Position numbers and translations under genes: made by a program. Positions 37,151 through 45,039 of a stretch of DNA of 64,000 nt are shown here, in pieces. The stretch comes from Candidatus Cloacimonadota bacterium (GTDB taxonomy: Bacteria > Cloacimonadota > Cloacimonadia > Cloacimonadales > TCS61). The stretch lies in assembly GCA_021108315.1 (NCBI GenBank), contig JAIORE010000354.1, positions 27,919-91,918 on the forward strand, given 5' to 3'. The notes under the pieces were generated by a model. It saw only the letters and a program-made list of their open reading frames with translations. It ran no database searches and had not been told where the DNA came from. Within the stretch, counting starts at the first letter, position 1. Every line of letters begins with the position of its first letter.

Positions 37151-37495
37151 TTATTTATATTGTTTTCTGAATTTTTTCTTAAGCTCTCTGAGCATCACAG
37201 GATTGTGCAAAAGTGTATAATTACCTGTTTTCATAATTGAAATTGCCTCTTCCATAGGTTTATCAGACGAGATATAGATTAAAATACTTTTGAAATTATC
37301 ATTGATATATTTAATAAAACCAATATCAGAAATTGAAGTAATATTTATTAGTACTGTAAATATGTTATTTTTTTCAATTATTTTAATTGCGTCAAGTATT
37401 GTTTTTACAAAAAATATTTTTGAATTAATATTTTTAATCATATCTTCAATCTCTAATGATTGAAATTCGTTTTGTTTTATAGCTAAGATATTCAT
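37151..37495 (-). CDS. Stand-alone pseudo-receiver, 114 aa (paralog of 24974-25306)
   Basis: The ATG at 37495 follows GAGGAG. The sequence MNILAIKQNE...TVLINITSISDIGFIKYIND...ILIYISSDKP...YTLLHNPVMLRELKK has the same Asn/Gln-for-Asp and Asn-for-Lys pattern as the paralog. Confidence 0.55.
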   Translation of the reverse strand: MNILAIKQNEFQSLEIEDMIKNINSKIFFVKTILDAIKIIEKNNIFTVLINITSISDIGFIKYINDNFKSILIYISSDKPMEEAISIMKTGNYTLLHNPVMLRELKKKFRKQYK

Positions 37496-37527
37496 TAACA
37501 ACTCCTCATCAAATTTTGATTATTATA

Positions 37528-37543
37528 AGCAACAACAGTGCCA
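37528..37543 (-). promoter_or_regulatory. Sigma-54 (-24/-12) promoter of the pseudo-receiver / 3681-aa gene cassette
   Basis: The minus strand reads TGGCAC-TGTTG-TTGCT-TATAA, a perfect consensus at exact spacing, ~33 nt upstream of the ATG at 37495. Confidence 0.8.
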
Positions 37544-37611
37544 AACATATTATCTCATTGTTATATATAGAGTTATCGTTTTTCTGCTTTGCTGAAACAT
37601 TTGATATTACT

Positions 37612-37625
37612 GACCGATATCGGCT
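37612..37625 (-). promoter_or_regulatory. Candidate UAS site 1 (GACCGATATCGGCT)
   Basis: The core CCGATATCGG (37614-37623) lies ~75 bp upstream of the -24 element. This is the same position and flanking block as 25424-25437. Confidence 0.55.
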
Positions 37626-37701
37626 GAGTGAAAAGTAAAGAAAGATATTTTGTATCGTAATCGCTTTTAAAATATGGGAATTACATAATGTATAATTTTT
37701 A

Positions 37702-37734
37702 CCACCGAAATCGGACAGTAGCCGATTTCGGTGG
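37702..37734 (-). promoter_or_regulatory. Candidate UAS sites 2+3 (CCACCGAAATCGG-N7-CCGATTTCGGTGG)
   Basis: The decamers CCGAAATCGG (37705-37714) and CCGATTTCGG (37722-37731) are at the same distance from the promoter as in the other cassette. No upstream minus-strand gene needs terminating here, which argues against a purely terminator role. Confidence 0.5.
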
Positions 37735-37818
37735 GTGATTTTTTAATTTGACAGGATTTTATAATTAAAAGATTTATAATTTTGTTAAAATAGAAAAAAT
37801 AAATTAAAGGATATTGTA

Positions 37819-38160
37819 TTGTTAGAATTTCTAAATAAGAAAATAAAGATCGAATCTCATTGTTATGGTTTTATAGGATCAAAAAAAAATCCAATTGAGT
37901 TGGCAAAATTATTTGTGGACAATAATATTCCAGCAATAGCCAATAAATTTAGCATTCGTTTGGAAAACTTTGAATATTTCAAGTTAGAATATATTGAAGA
38001 AAAACAAGAATACGAAATTAATTTTGATGCGGATTCTTCTGATGAATTGATAAAATCCATTCAAAAAATAAAGCCTGTTTTAGAAAATATCGTTGATTGG
38101 TTTGATTTTGAAATTTATAATGATGAAAAGTTAGTTTTTCATCTAAAAAAGGGTTGCTAA
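37819..38160 (+). CDS. Small acidic hypothetical protein (113 aa)
   Basis: The TTG start follows AAAGGA. The stop abuts the next start (38160/38161). No recognisable motif. Confidence 0.5.
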   Translation: MLEFLNKKIKIESHCYGFIGSKKNPIELAKLFVDNNIPAIANKFSIRLENFEYFKLEYIEEKQEYEINFDADSSDELIKSIQKIKPVLENIVDWFDFEIYNDEKLVFHLKKGC

Positions 38161-38787
38161 TTGTCTAATTCAATAAACAAAAGAGAAATTATATTTGATA
38201 TTATTGCTTTTTGTATTACAATAATTGTGGTAATAATATTTGATTGGCAAGTTCGAGATGTTATCTGGAGTCTCTGGACAAGTAGTCTTTGTGTGGGATA
38301 TGCTTTCATTGTCACGTTAATAATCTCATCTATTTATTTTGCTAATAGCACAGAACGCCTTCAAAATACTGTGGGAGGAGTTTTTTTACTTGCTTTTTTT
38401 ACTTTCCATTTTGGTATGTTTCATTTTGTTCATAGTGTATTTCTTAATGGATTTTTTCCACTGATTCAGAAAAGCAATAAGTTTCCAAATTTCTTTGTTA
38501 CCATTATTACAGCCTTAAAATCATATTGGCCATTTGTTCTTACTACTTTTGTTTCACGATTTTCTGATTTCCAGTTCAACAAAGGGAATTTACTAGAGAG
38601 TAAAGATATGATTATGAAACCATATGTAAATGTAGTTCGAATGCATCTTCTTATTTTTGTTTTTGCTGGATTATATGCTCTAAGAATAGCTCATTTTGCG
38701 ATCTATCCGGTATTGTTTACTTACTTTCTTCCGTGGAAGAAACTTTTGCAACATTATAAATATTATTTAAAACAGAGGAGTAATTAA
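38161..38787 (+). CDS. Polytopic membrane protein (about six hydrophobic segments), unknown function
   Basis: The TTG start is directly after the upstream TAA. Hydrophobic helices run throughout, and there is a His/Phe-rich segment FFTFHFGMFHFVHSVF. The stop abuts the rhomboid ATG. Confidence 0.6.
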   Translation: MSNSINKREIIFDIIAFCITIIVVIIFDWQVRDVIWSLWTSSLCVGYAFIVTLIISSIYFANSTERLQNTVGGVFLLAFFTFHFGMFHFVHSVFLNGFFPLIQKSNKFPNFFVTIITALKSYWPFVLTTFVSRFSDFQFNKGNLLESKDMIMKPYVNVVRMHLLIFVFAGLYALRIAHFAIYPVLFTYFLPWKKLLQHYKYYLKQRSN

Positions 38788-39633
38788 ATGTTTATACCTT
38801 ACAAGACAGATGTCCCTTTTACAGATTTTCCATATAGCAATATTTTAATTATTATTTGTACTGTACTCTTTTCTTTTGTAGCACCTTTTTTGAACGAATC
38901 AACAATTAATTCACTTATTTTAAGCAATTGGAATATCAGTGGGTTAATCGGTCATCTTTTCCTTCACGCTGGATTTTGGCATTTAATTGGAAATATGCTT
39001 TTTCTTTGGGTATTTGGGAATGCGATTTGCTCAAGGTTTGGAAATATTAAATTCCTAATATTTTATTTTATTCTAGGATTTATCGCAGCAGCTTCACACT
39101 TAATTATTGATGGGAATCCTGCTGTGGGAGCAAGTGGAGCAATTAATGGCATATTAGGTTCATTTTTAGTATTATATCCCAAGAATAAAGTAAGTCTGTT
39201 CGTCTGGTTCTTTTTCTTATTCTCACCTAAAACTATTTATATGCCAAGTATAATACTAATTGTAATTTGGTTTATTTTTGATATTTTGGGAGCAATACAA
39301 GGTCAAGGACAAGTTGCATTTATGGCACATATTGGAGGCTTAATTGGTGGTGTGATAATTACCTTCTTAGCTCTGAAAGTTGGCTTAATAAATTATGATA
39401 CTACGGGAGTTGCTCTATTCGAAAACTCAAATAATCAACGAATGAAAAAGAAACGAACAAAAGCATTGAAAAAAAGACTTTCTGAAAATTCAACTAATTT
39501 AGTAACAAATTATAATGAAAAAATTGTGATCCGTTGTCCATTTTGTGATAATCGAATTAAAGCATCGAAATCATTAATTGGTAAAAGAGTTAAGTGTCCA
39601 ACCTGCTCATCAATGTTTTTCATAGCTGAATAA
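38788..39633 (+). CDS. Rhomboid-family intramembrane serine protease with C-terminal zinc-ribbon tail
   Basis: Rhomboid landmarks are HAGFWHLIGNMLFLWVFG (HxxxN), GASGAINGILG (catalytic Ser) and AHIGGLIGG (catalytic His). After a basic linker comes CPFCDN...CPTCSSMF (CxxC-N18-CxxC). Confidence 0.85.
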   Translation: MFIPYKTDVPFTDFPYSNILIIICTVLFSFVAPFLNESTINSLILSNWNISGLIGHLFLHAGFWHLIGNMLFLWVFGNAICSRFGNIKFLIFYFILGFIAAASHLIIDGNPAVGASGAINGILGSFLVLYPKNKVSLFVWFFFLFSPKTIYMPSIILIVIWFIFDILGAIQGQGQVAFMAHIGGLIGGVIITFLALKVGLINYDTTGVALFENSNNQRMKKKRTKALKKRLSENSTNLVTNYNEKIVIRCPFCDNRIKASKSLIGKRVKCPTCSSMFFIAE

Positions 39634-40265
39634 TTGAAAACATCACATTATAATGTATAAGGGACGACAAAACAATAACTTGGATTTTCCGGCATCACTC
39701 TAACAATTTCTTCTGCGTTAGTAAAATGCTGTATAGCTTAGGCTATGAAACATTTTACTGCCTTGAATAAAATGTTATAGTATCCCCCCAAATCTCCAAT
39801 TTATTATTTTGTCATCCCTAAATGTATCTGTTGATTAACTCGGATTTTTCAAAAATTCATGAAAATCCGTAATCTTTTTGCATTTTTAAGTGGAGTTTAC
39901 AATCATTATGACTACTTATAGAGTTCAAAATAAAATCTCCAAATCTCCAAATCTCCAAATGAATAAATCTACAGATTCATAACAGACTCATAAATGAAGA
40001 ACTTTATAGCAAATTTGAGAATGGATCATTTAATAATAATACTAACATTTCTCACTTCGATTATGCTTTTTAACTTTTGAAATATTTTTTCTTGTATTGT
40101 TTTACTAAATTTTTTTATGTGTCGTGACTGTTCAAATTAACTCATTGCTATTTATAGAATTAGGTATTTATGGGAATAAAAAGTGAACATTTTGATTTGA
40201 AAAGATGTATTCAACTAATTGACATAAAAGTTAAAACTTATTTTTTCACCAATTTAATTGAGAAA

Positions 40266-40284
40266 CCCACGATTTTAATCGTGG
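40266..40284. repeat. REP-like hairpin (CCCACGATT-TT-AATCGTGG)
   Basis: The stem family is the same as CCCACAAAT-TC-ATTTGTGGG, which flanks the RAYT-like gene (49858-49877 and 50532-50551). A further copy, CCACGATT-GA-AATCGTGG, lies at 40421-40438. Confidence 0.5.
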
Positions 40285-40812
40285 TAATATTATACGGTAA
40301 CAACAATAGCCGACTCTATTCGTAAAAACTTCACAATATCCATCATAATTATTCTACATTGTTTTCAGTGTCTATTTTATTTTAACGACTAAAGTCATGT
40401 AGGAATGATTCGTGATTGCCCCACGATTGAAATCGTGGATTTCTTAATAGAGCATTTTTCTTTTAGATTTTTAACTACCAAAAGAATTTCAAGATAACAT
40501 AAAAATGTGCAATATCACCAAATATATTGTCGCTAACTTATTGGAAAAGTTGGCGTAAGATGTGAATAGGCTCGAAATGAGTTTGATTAAATTGTTTGCT
40601 TTTGTTGATTGACAAATCTTGAGTCATACCTTATTCAATATTATTAATTTTATATTGACTCAATGAATTACTCTTTTTTATTTAACTTATACTTTTATCA
40701 CTTTTTTGGATTATTTATTTTGGAACTGAGAATATACAATACTACTATAAAAATCCAGAATGGATAAGCAAAATCATAAATCGTTCAGGGTATGCATTAG
40801 AAGGGAAAAATT

Positions 40813-43557
40813 ATGAATCTAAAAAAAACAATTATACTGATAACACTGTTGTATTTTACCGGATTACTTCATGGGGATTTCAATATAGAGACAATAAAAT
40901 CAAAATCATTCGCAGATTCACTATATTCAATTGGTAAAATATCTCAATTGAATAATGAACCTGAAAAAGCACTGCAATATCTTACACTTGTAAGAGAATA
41001 TTATTTTCAGAATGGATTTCTTAAAGAACTTGGAAATACTCTCAATCGAATTGCATTAGTTCTTGATAAAAATTATGGTGATGGACTCAAGGCTCAAGAA
41101 TTATGGTTTGAAGTACTAGAAATAAAAAATAAATTAGATGATAAAAAAGGGATAGGGATTGTAAGTAATAACTTAGCTATAACATATGTCAAAATGGCAA
41201 AATTTTCTAAAGCAGAAGAATATTACAAAGTTGCTTTGGATTACAGAAAAGAGATAAAAGACAGTTTGAATGTATGTGGGATTTTAAAAAATATTGGACT
41301 TTTAAAACTTCAGCAGGAGATGTATTATGAATCGGAAAAATATTTTTCAGAATCGCTTGAAATAGCTGAAACGAATGATTATAATCTTCTTAAAGGGAGA
41401 ATCATTAATAACATAGGTTTTCTATATTTTTCAAAAGGAGTGTACAGTGAAGCTTTTAAAAAATACACTCAAGCTTTGAAAATTCTGGGTGAACAAATCA
41501 GTAAATACGAAAAGGCTGAAATACTGAATAATCTTGGCACTATTTATTCAGCTTATGATGATACTCTTTCAGCAAGGATCTATTATTATAATGCTTTGGA
41601 ACTATGTGAGGAAATAAAGCATAAAGACTTGAAAGCAAGAATACTTAATAATTTAGGTAACTTTTATCAAAAAGAAAAAGAATATGAAAAAGGATTAAAA
41701 TATCTACTTGAGTCACTTGAGATAAAAAAAGAGATTAAAAACATAAAAGGAATTATTACAACTCTTTTGAACATTGGTAATCATTATAAGTTGATTAAAC
41801 AGTATCATAAAGCAGAAAAATATTTCAGAAACGCCAAAAAAATGACCCAAGATTTAGGTTTTCTGTTTTATAAAGCGAAAGCCCAATATTGTCTCGGTTC
41901 ATTAAAACTGGAAGAAGAAAAATTTACCGAAGCGATGAAATACCTTGATAATACACTATCTATTGCTGAAGACAGCTTAAGTAATTTAGTATTAAGTTAT
42001 AAGATTTATCATAAAATTGGTGAAGTATATTATGCTCAAAAAAAATTTCCGAAGGCAGAAGAAAATTTTCTGAATTCCATTGAAAATATTGAAAGTATTC
42101 GCAACGGGATAGGATTAGAAGAACATAGAGCTTCCTTTATGGCAAACGCTCAAAATATTTACCGTGATATGATAAACTTGCAAATTGAATTGAAAAATAA
42201 TGAAAAAGCTTATGAATATTATGAAAAAATGAAAACTCGAAATCTTTTGGATATTCTGGAAGGAGCATTTTTAATATTCGATGATGAAATGTCCAAAGAA
42301 GAAATTGAGCAAGAAAGGGCATTAGAAAATAATTTAAGAGTTATTAATAAAGAGATTAGTAATTATTCATTGAAAGAAGGAAATACAAGAAGTTTAGATT
42401 CTTTGGTAACTCATTTGAGAACCGTTCGTAGAGAATTCGATCAAGCTAAAAGTAATTTAATATTTAATCATCCGGAAATGAAAGATAAAATTGATGAGGG
42501 AGAACCAATAAATTCAAAAGCTGCTTTAAATTTGATAAGTAAAGATATTGAAGCAGGATTAGCATATTTAGTTTTGGAAGATGAAGTAATTTGTTTTGTT
42601 TTGCGGAATAAGGGTCGTAGAGATAAATATATAAAAACATACAAAATTGATATTGGAAAAGATGAATTAGAGAAAAAGATAATTTCCTTACTTAAAAACT
42701 GGAAAACCTCAGATTCAAAATATCTTTATAATAAATTAATCTCACCGATCGTAAATGAACTTAATGGAGTTACCAGACTTTGTTTGATACCTGATAAAAG
42801 TCTCAATTCGTTACCGTTCCACGCTTTGCTGAACGAAGAAAGTGGAAAATATCTTATAAATGATTTTTCCATATTTTATGTGAATTCCCTTAGTGTTCTG
42901 CATAAATTGCGACTTTCCAGTCCAAAAGGTAAAGAAAAATTATTAGCTTTCGGAAATCCTGATTTCGGAAAAAAAGGATTGCTTACATACAAAGGAATTT
43001 TGGAACCATTACCTGCCACAGAAGATGAAGTTTTAGCAATTGGAAAAATATACAATGAAAGAGCAAAAGTATTTATCGGGGTTGATGCTTTAGAAGAAAA
43101 TTTCAAAGAACATTCATTAGATTATGGAATTATCCACTTGGCTTCTCACGGTCTTTTAGATGAATTAAATCCAATGTATTCATCTATTTTATTAACTGCT
43201 GATGAGTATAGTGATGGATTTTTAACTGCGAGAGAGATTTTAAAATATGAATTGGATGCTGACCTTGTAGTTTTGAGTGCTTGTGAAACAGCAACCGGGA
43301 AACTAATTGAAGGTGAAGGCTTATTGGGTTTATCACGAGCTTTTTTTGGAGCTACAGTTCAATCTATTGTGGCATCATTATGGCCTGTAGAAGATCAATC
43401 TACAAGAATATTAATGGAATATTTCTATATGAATCTCAATAATGGAATGCAAATAGTGGAAGCACTCCGGTCTGCTCAGATATCTCTTATGAATGATTCA
43501 AAGTATAAGCATCCTTATTTCTGGGCTCCGTTTATATTGCTTGGAGATATTGAATAA
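40813..43557 (+). CDS. Secreted/periplasmic TPR-repeat protein with C-terminal CHAT (caspase-like) protease domain
   Basis: Signal peptide MNLKKTIILITLLYFTGLLHG. About 11 TPR-like repeats follow (..LNNLG..Y...Y.KA..Y...AL.I). The C-terminal CHAT landmarks are IIHLASHG (His) and LVVLSACETATG (Cys), ending ...HPYFWAPFILLGD. Confidence 0.85.
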   Translation: MNLKKTIILITLLYFTGLLHGDFNIETIKSKSFADSLYSIGKISQLNNEPEKALQYLTLVREYYFQNGFLKELGNTLNRIALVLDKNYGDGLKAQELWFEVLEIKNKLDDKKGIGIVSNNLAITYVKMAKFSKAEEYYKVALDYRKEIKDSLNVCGILKNIGLLKLQQEMYYESEKYFSESLEIAETNDYNLLKGRIINNIGFLYFSKGVYSEAFKKYTQALKILGEQISKYEKAEILNNLGTIYSAYDDTLSARIYYYNALELCEEIKHKDLKARILNNLGNFYQKEKEYEKGLKYLLESLEIKKEIKNIKGIITTLLNIGNHYKLIKQYHKAEKYFRNAKKMTQDLGFLFYKAKAQYCLGSLKLEEEKFTEAMKYLDNTLSIAEDSLSNLVLSYKIYHKIGEVYYAQKKFPKAEENFLNSIENIESIRNGIGLEEHRASFMANAQNIYRDMINLQIELKNNEKAYEYYEKMKTRNLLDILEGAFLIFDDEMSKEEIEQERALENNLRVINKEISNYSLKEGNTRSLDSLVTHLRTVRREFDQAKSNLIFNHPEMKDKIDEGEPINSKAALNLISKDIEAGLAYLVLEDEVICFVLRNKGRRDKYIKTYKIDIGKDELEKKIISLLKNWKTSDSKYLYNKLISPIVNELNGVTRLCLIPDKSLNSLPFHALLNEESGKYLINDFSIFYVNSLSVLHKLRLSSPKGKEKLLAFGNPDFGKKGLLTYKGILEPLPATEDEVLAIGKIYNERAKVFIGVDALEENFKEHSLDYGIIHLASHGLLDELNPMYSSILLTADEYSDGFLTAREILKYELDADLVVLSACETATGKLIEGEGLLGLSRAFFGATVQSIVASLWPVEDQSTRILMEYFYMNLNNGMQIVEALRSAQISLMNDSKYKHPYFWAPFILLGDIE

Positions 43558-43870
43558 TTAAGGAAAGTTAAATCTTGACTTAAATATATCAAAACTACTT
43601 TATTGTAATTCAAATTTGATAAGCTCCAGATTGAATTTATTCTACAGAATTAGTGTTTTACTGAAAAGTTTTAAAAAAAACGAACCGTAACAAAACAGAG
43701 ACTTATGAAACTTAATATCACAAAAGGCACAAGCAGGATTCTTTACGATACATACCCGTCATTTTAGGATTGATTAAACACTATAATATTATTTGAAATC
43801 TACCTATTATGTAGAATACTTTGAATCTAATTAGTATCTGAACGAAAAAGAAAATTTTAAAGAAAAGATG

Positions 43871-43979
43871 AAATCTCGAGTCGGGTTTTGGATAATAATA
43901 ATAAATCTATTTATATAAAATATATATTACTTAGAGATTTATTGAAATTAATTTAAGATCAAAACTCGACTCGGGATTT
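43871..43979. repeat. MITE-like element with CGAGTCG-core inverted termini (109 bp)
   Basis: AAATCTCGAGTCGGGTTTTG (43871-43890) and CAAAACTCGACTCGGGATTT (43960-43979) have the same ends as 3331-3410. The interior differs. Confidence 0.6.
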
Positions 43980-44032
43980 CAAGAATTACGGAGTTTTCGT
44001 TCAGATATTAATCATAATAAAGAGAGGGGAAA

Positions 44033-44686
44033 ATGAAAAAATATTTAATTAATTTAATATTCATAATTCTATGTGTATTATTAAATTCCGAAGAATCAGA
44101 TGTTACCTTTAAGTATGGTTTGATAGGTAAACAATCAGCAACTAACGATAGCTTATTCCTATTTGCTGAAGATGATCAATTAATAATTGGTAATGAGGTT
44201 AAATTAAATCTTGAATATCAAAAAGGCAAATATCTTTATGTCTTATACTTAACATCAGATAGTGAGTTTCAATTACTTTTTTCATCAATCAGTCAGCAAG
44301 ACTTGGCAGAAGAAAATGAAATATTTACCTCCTTACCGTGGATGAAAATTGAAGAAAAAAAACAAACCGGAAAATTGTTTATTATTTCTGCATTAAAGCA
44401 ATTACAAAATCTAGAAAAAAATATTAAAAATTATTCAAATGCTAAAGGGAAAAACAAAGCAAAATTCTTTAAGAAGATACTAAACGAGATTTCAAATTAT
44501 CATATCGGAGTTACTGAAACAAATTCGGAAAATTTTGTAAAGAGATTAGAAAAACCAATCATTGGGGGAGTTACATTTAGAAATTCTGATAAATTTAATA
44601 TAGATCTTCCTTTTCTGATAGAACAAAAATTAACACACGAATGTAAAGGTGTGAAAATTGCAGTTGTAGAAATAAAATTGTTTTAA
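44033..44686 (+). CDS. Secreted hypothetical protein, DUF4384-like N-terminal region
   Basis: Signal peptide MKKYLINLIFIILCVLLNS. The segment ...IIGNEVKLNLEYQKGKYLYVLYLTSDSEFQLLF resembles the DUF4384 pattern often linked to caspase/CHAT proteins. The assignment is by eye only. Confidence 0.45.
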   Translation: MKKYLINLIFIILCVLLNSEESDVTFKYGLIGKQSATNDSLFLFAEDDQLIIGNEVKLNLEYQKGKYLYVLYLTSDSEFQLLFSSISQQDLAEENEIFTSLPWMKIEEKKQTGKLFIISALKQLQNLEKNIKNYSNAKGKNKAKFFKKILNEISNYHIGVTETNSENFVKRLEKPIIGGVTFRNSDKFNIDLPFLIEQKLTHECKGVKIAVVEIKLF

Positions 44687-44738
44687 CAGTGAAGTGGGAT
44701 GGTTTTAAAACATTTTGATTTTTTTTGTTTTCCTCATT

Positions 44739-44798
44739 GAACTCATCCTGCTGTCCTTCTCTTAATTTCAAGAGAAGGAACATGAGAAAAACAGGAAG
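44739..44798. repeat. 60-bp hairpin repeat, reverse-complement copy of 16952-17011
   Basis: GAACTCATCCTGCTGTCCTTCTCTTAATTTCAAGAGAAGGAACATGAGAAAAACAGGAAG. It is embedded in a 350-bp hairpin-rich spacer (44687-45039). Confidence 0.6.
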
Positions 44799-45039
44799 AA
44801 TAAAGAAACCTTCCGACCTGAACCACTCACGAGTGGTCAGGCCACCTTCCTTGTTAAAGAAGGCTTGTCTCTCTTCATAAGGGAGATGTCCGCAGGACAG
44901 AAGGTTTCTTTACAAAAGGAAAGAGTTTACCCGTGAAATCTTTTCTATTTCACTGGGGGGAGAGTTTGAAAAATTGAAAATAAAATAGAGAATGTTAGTT
45001 ATTACTAAAATTTAACATATCCCTTGAGGAAAAGGAAAC

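Noticed and set aside
37749-37785. TTGACA at 37749-37754 as the -35 of a sigma-70 promoter for the 37819 operon
   Set aside because: The nearest TATAAT hexamers are 6 nt and 21 nt downstream, neither within the 16-18 nt window. TATAAT-like strings are too frequent in this AT-rich DNA to be informative.
39933-39956. Tandem AAATCTCC repeats as a possible CRISPR or other array
   Set aside because: The 8-bp units are directly adjacent with no spacers, there are only three copies, and no cas genes are present. This is a simple microsatellite.
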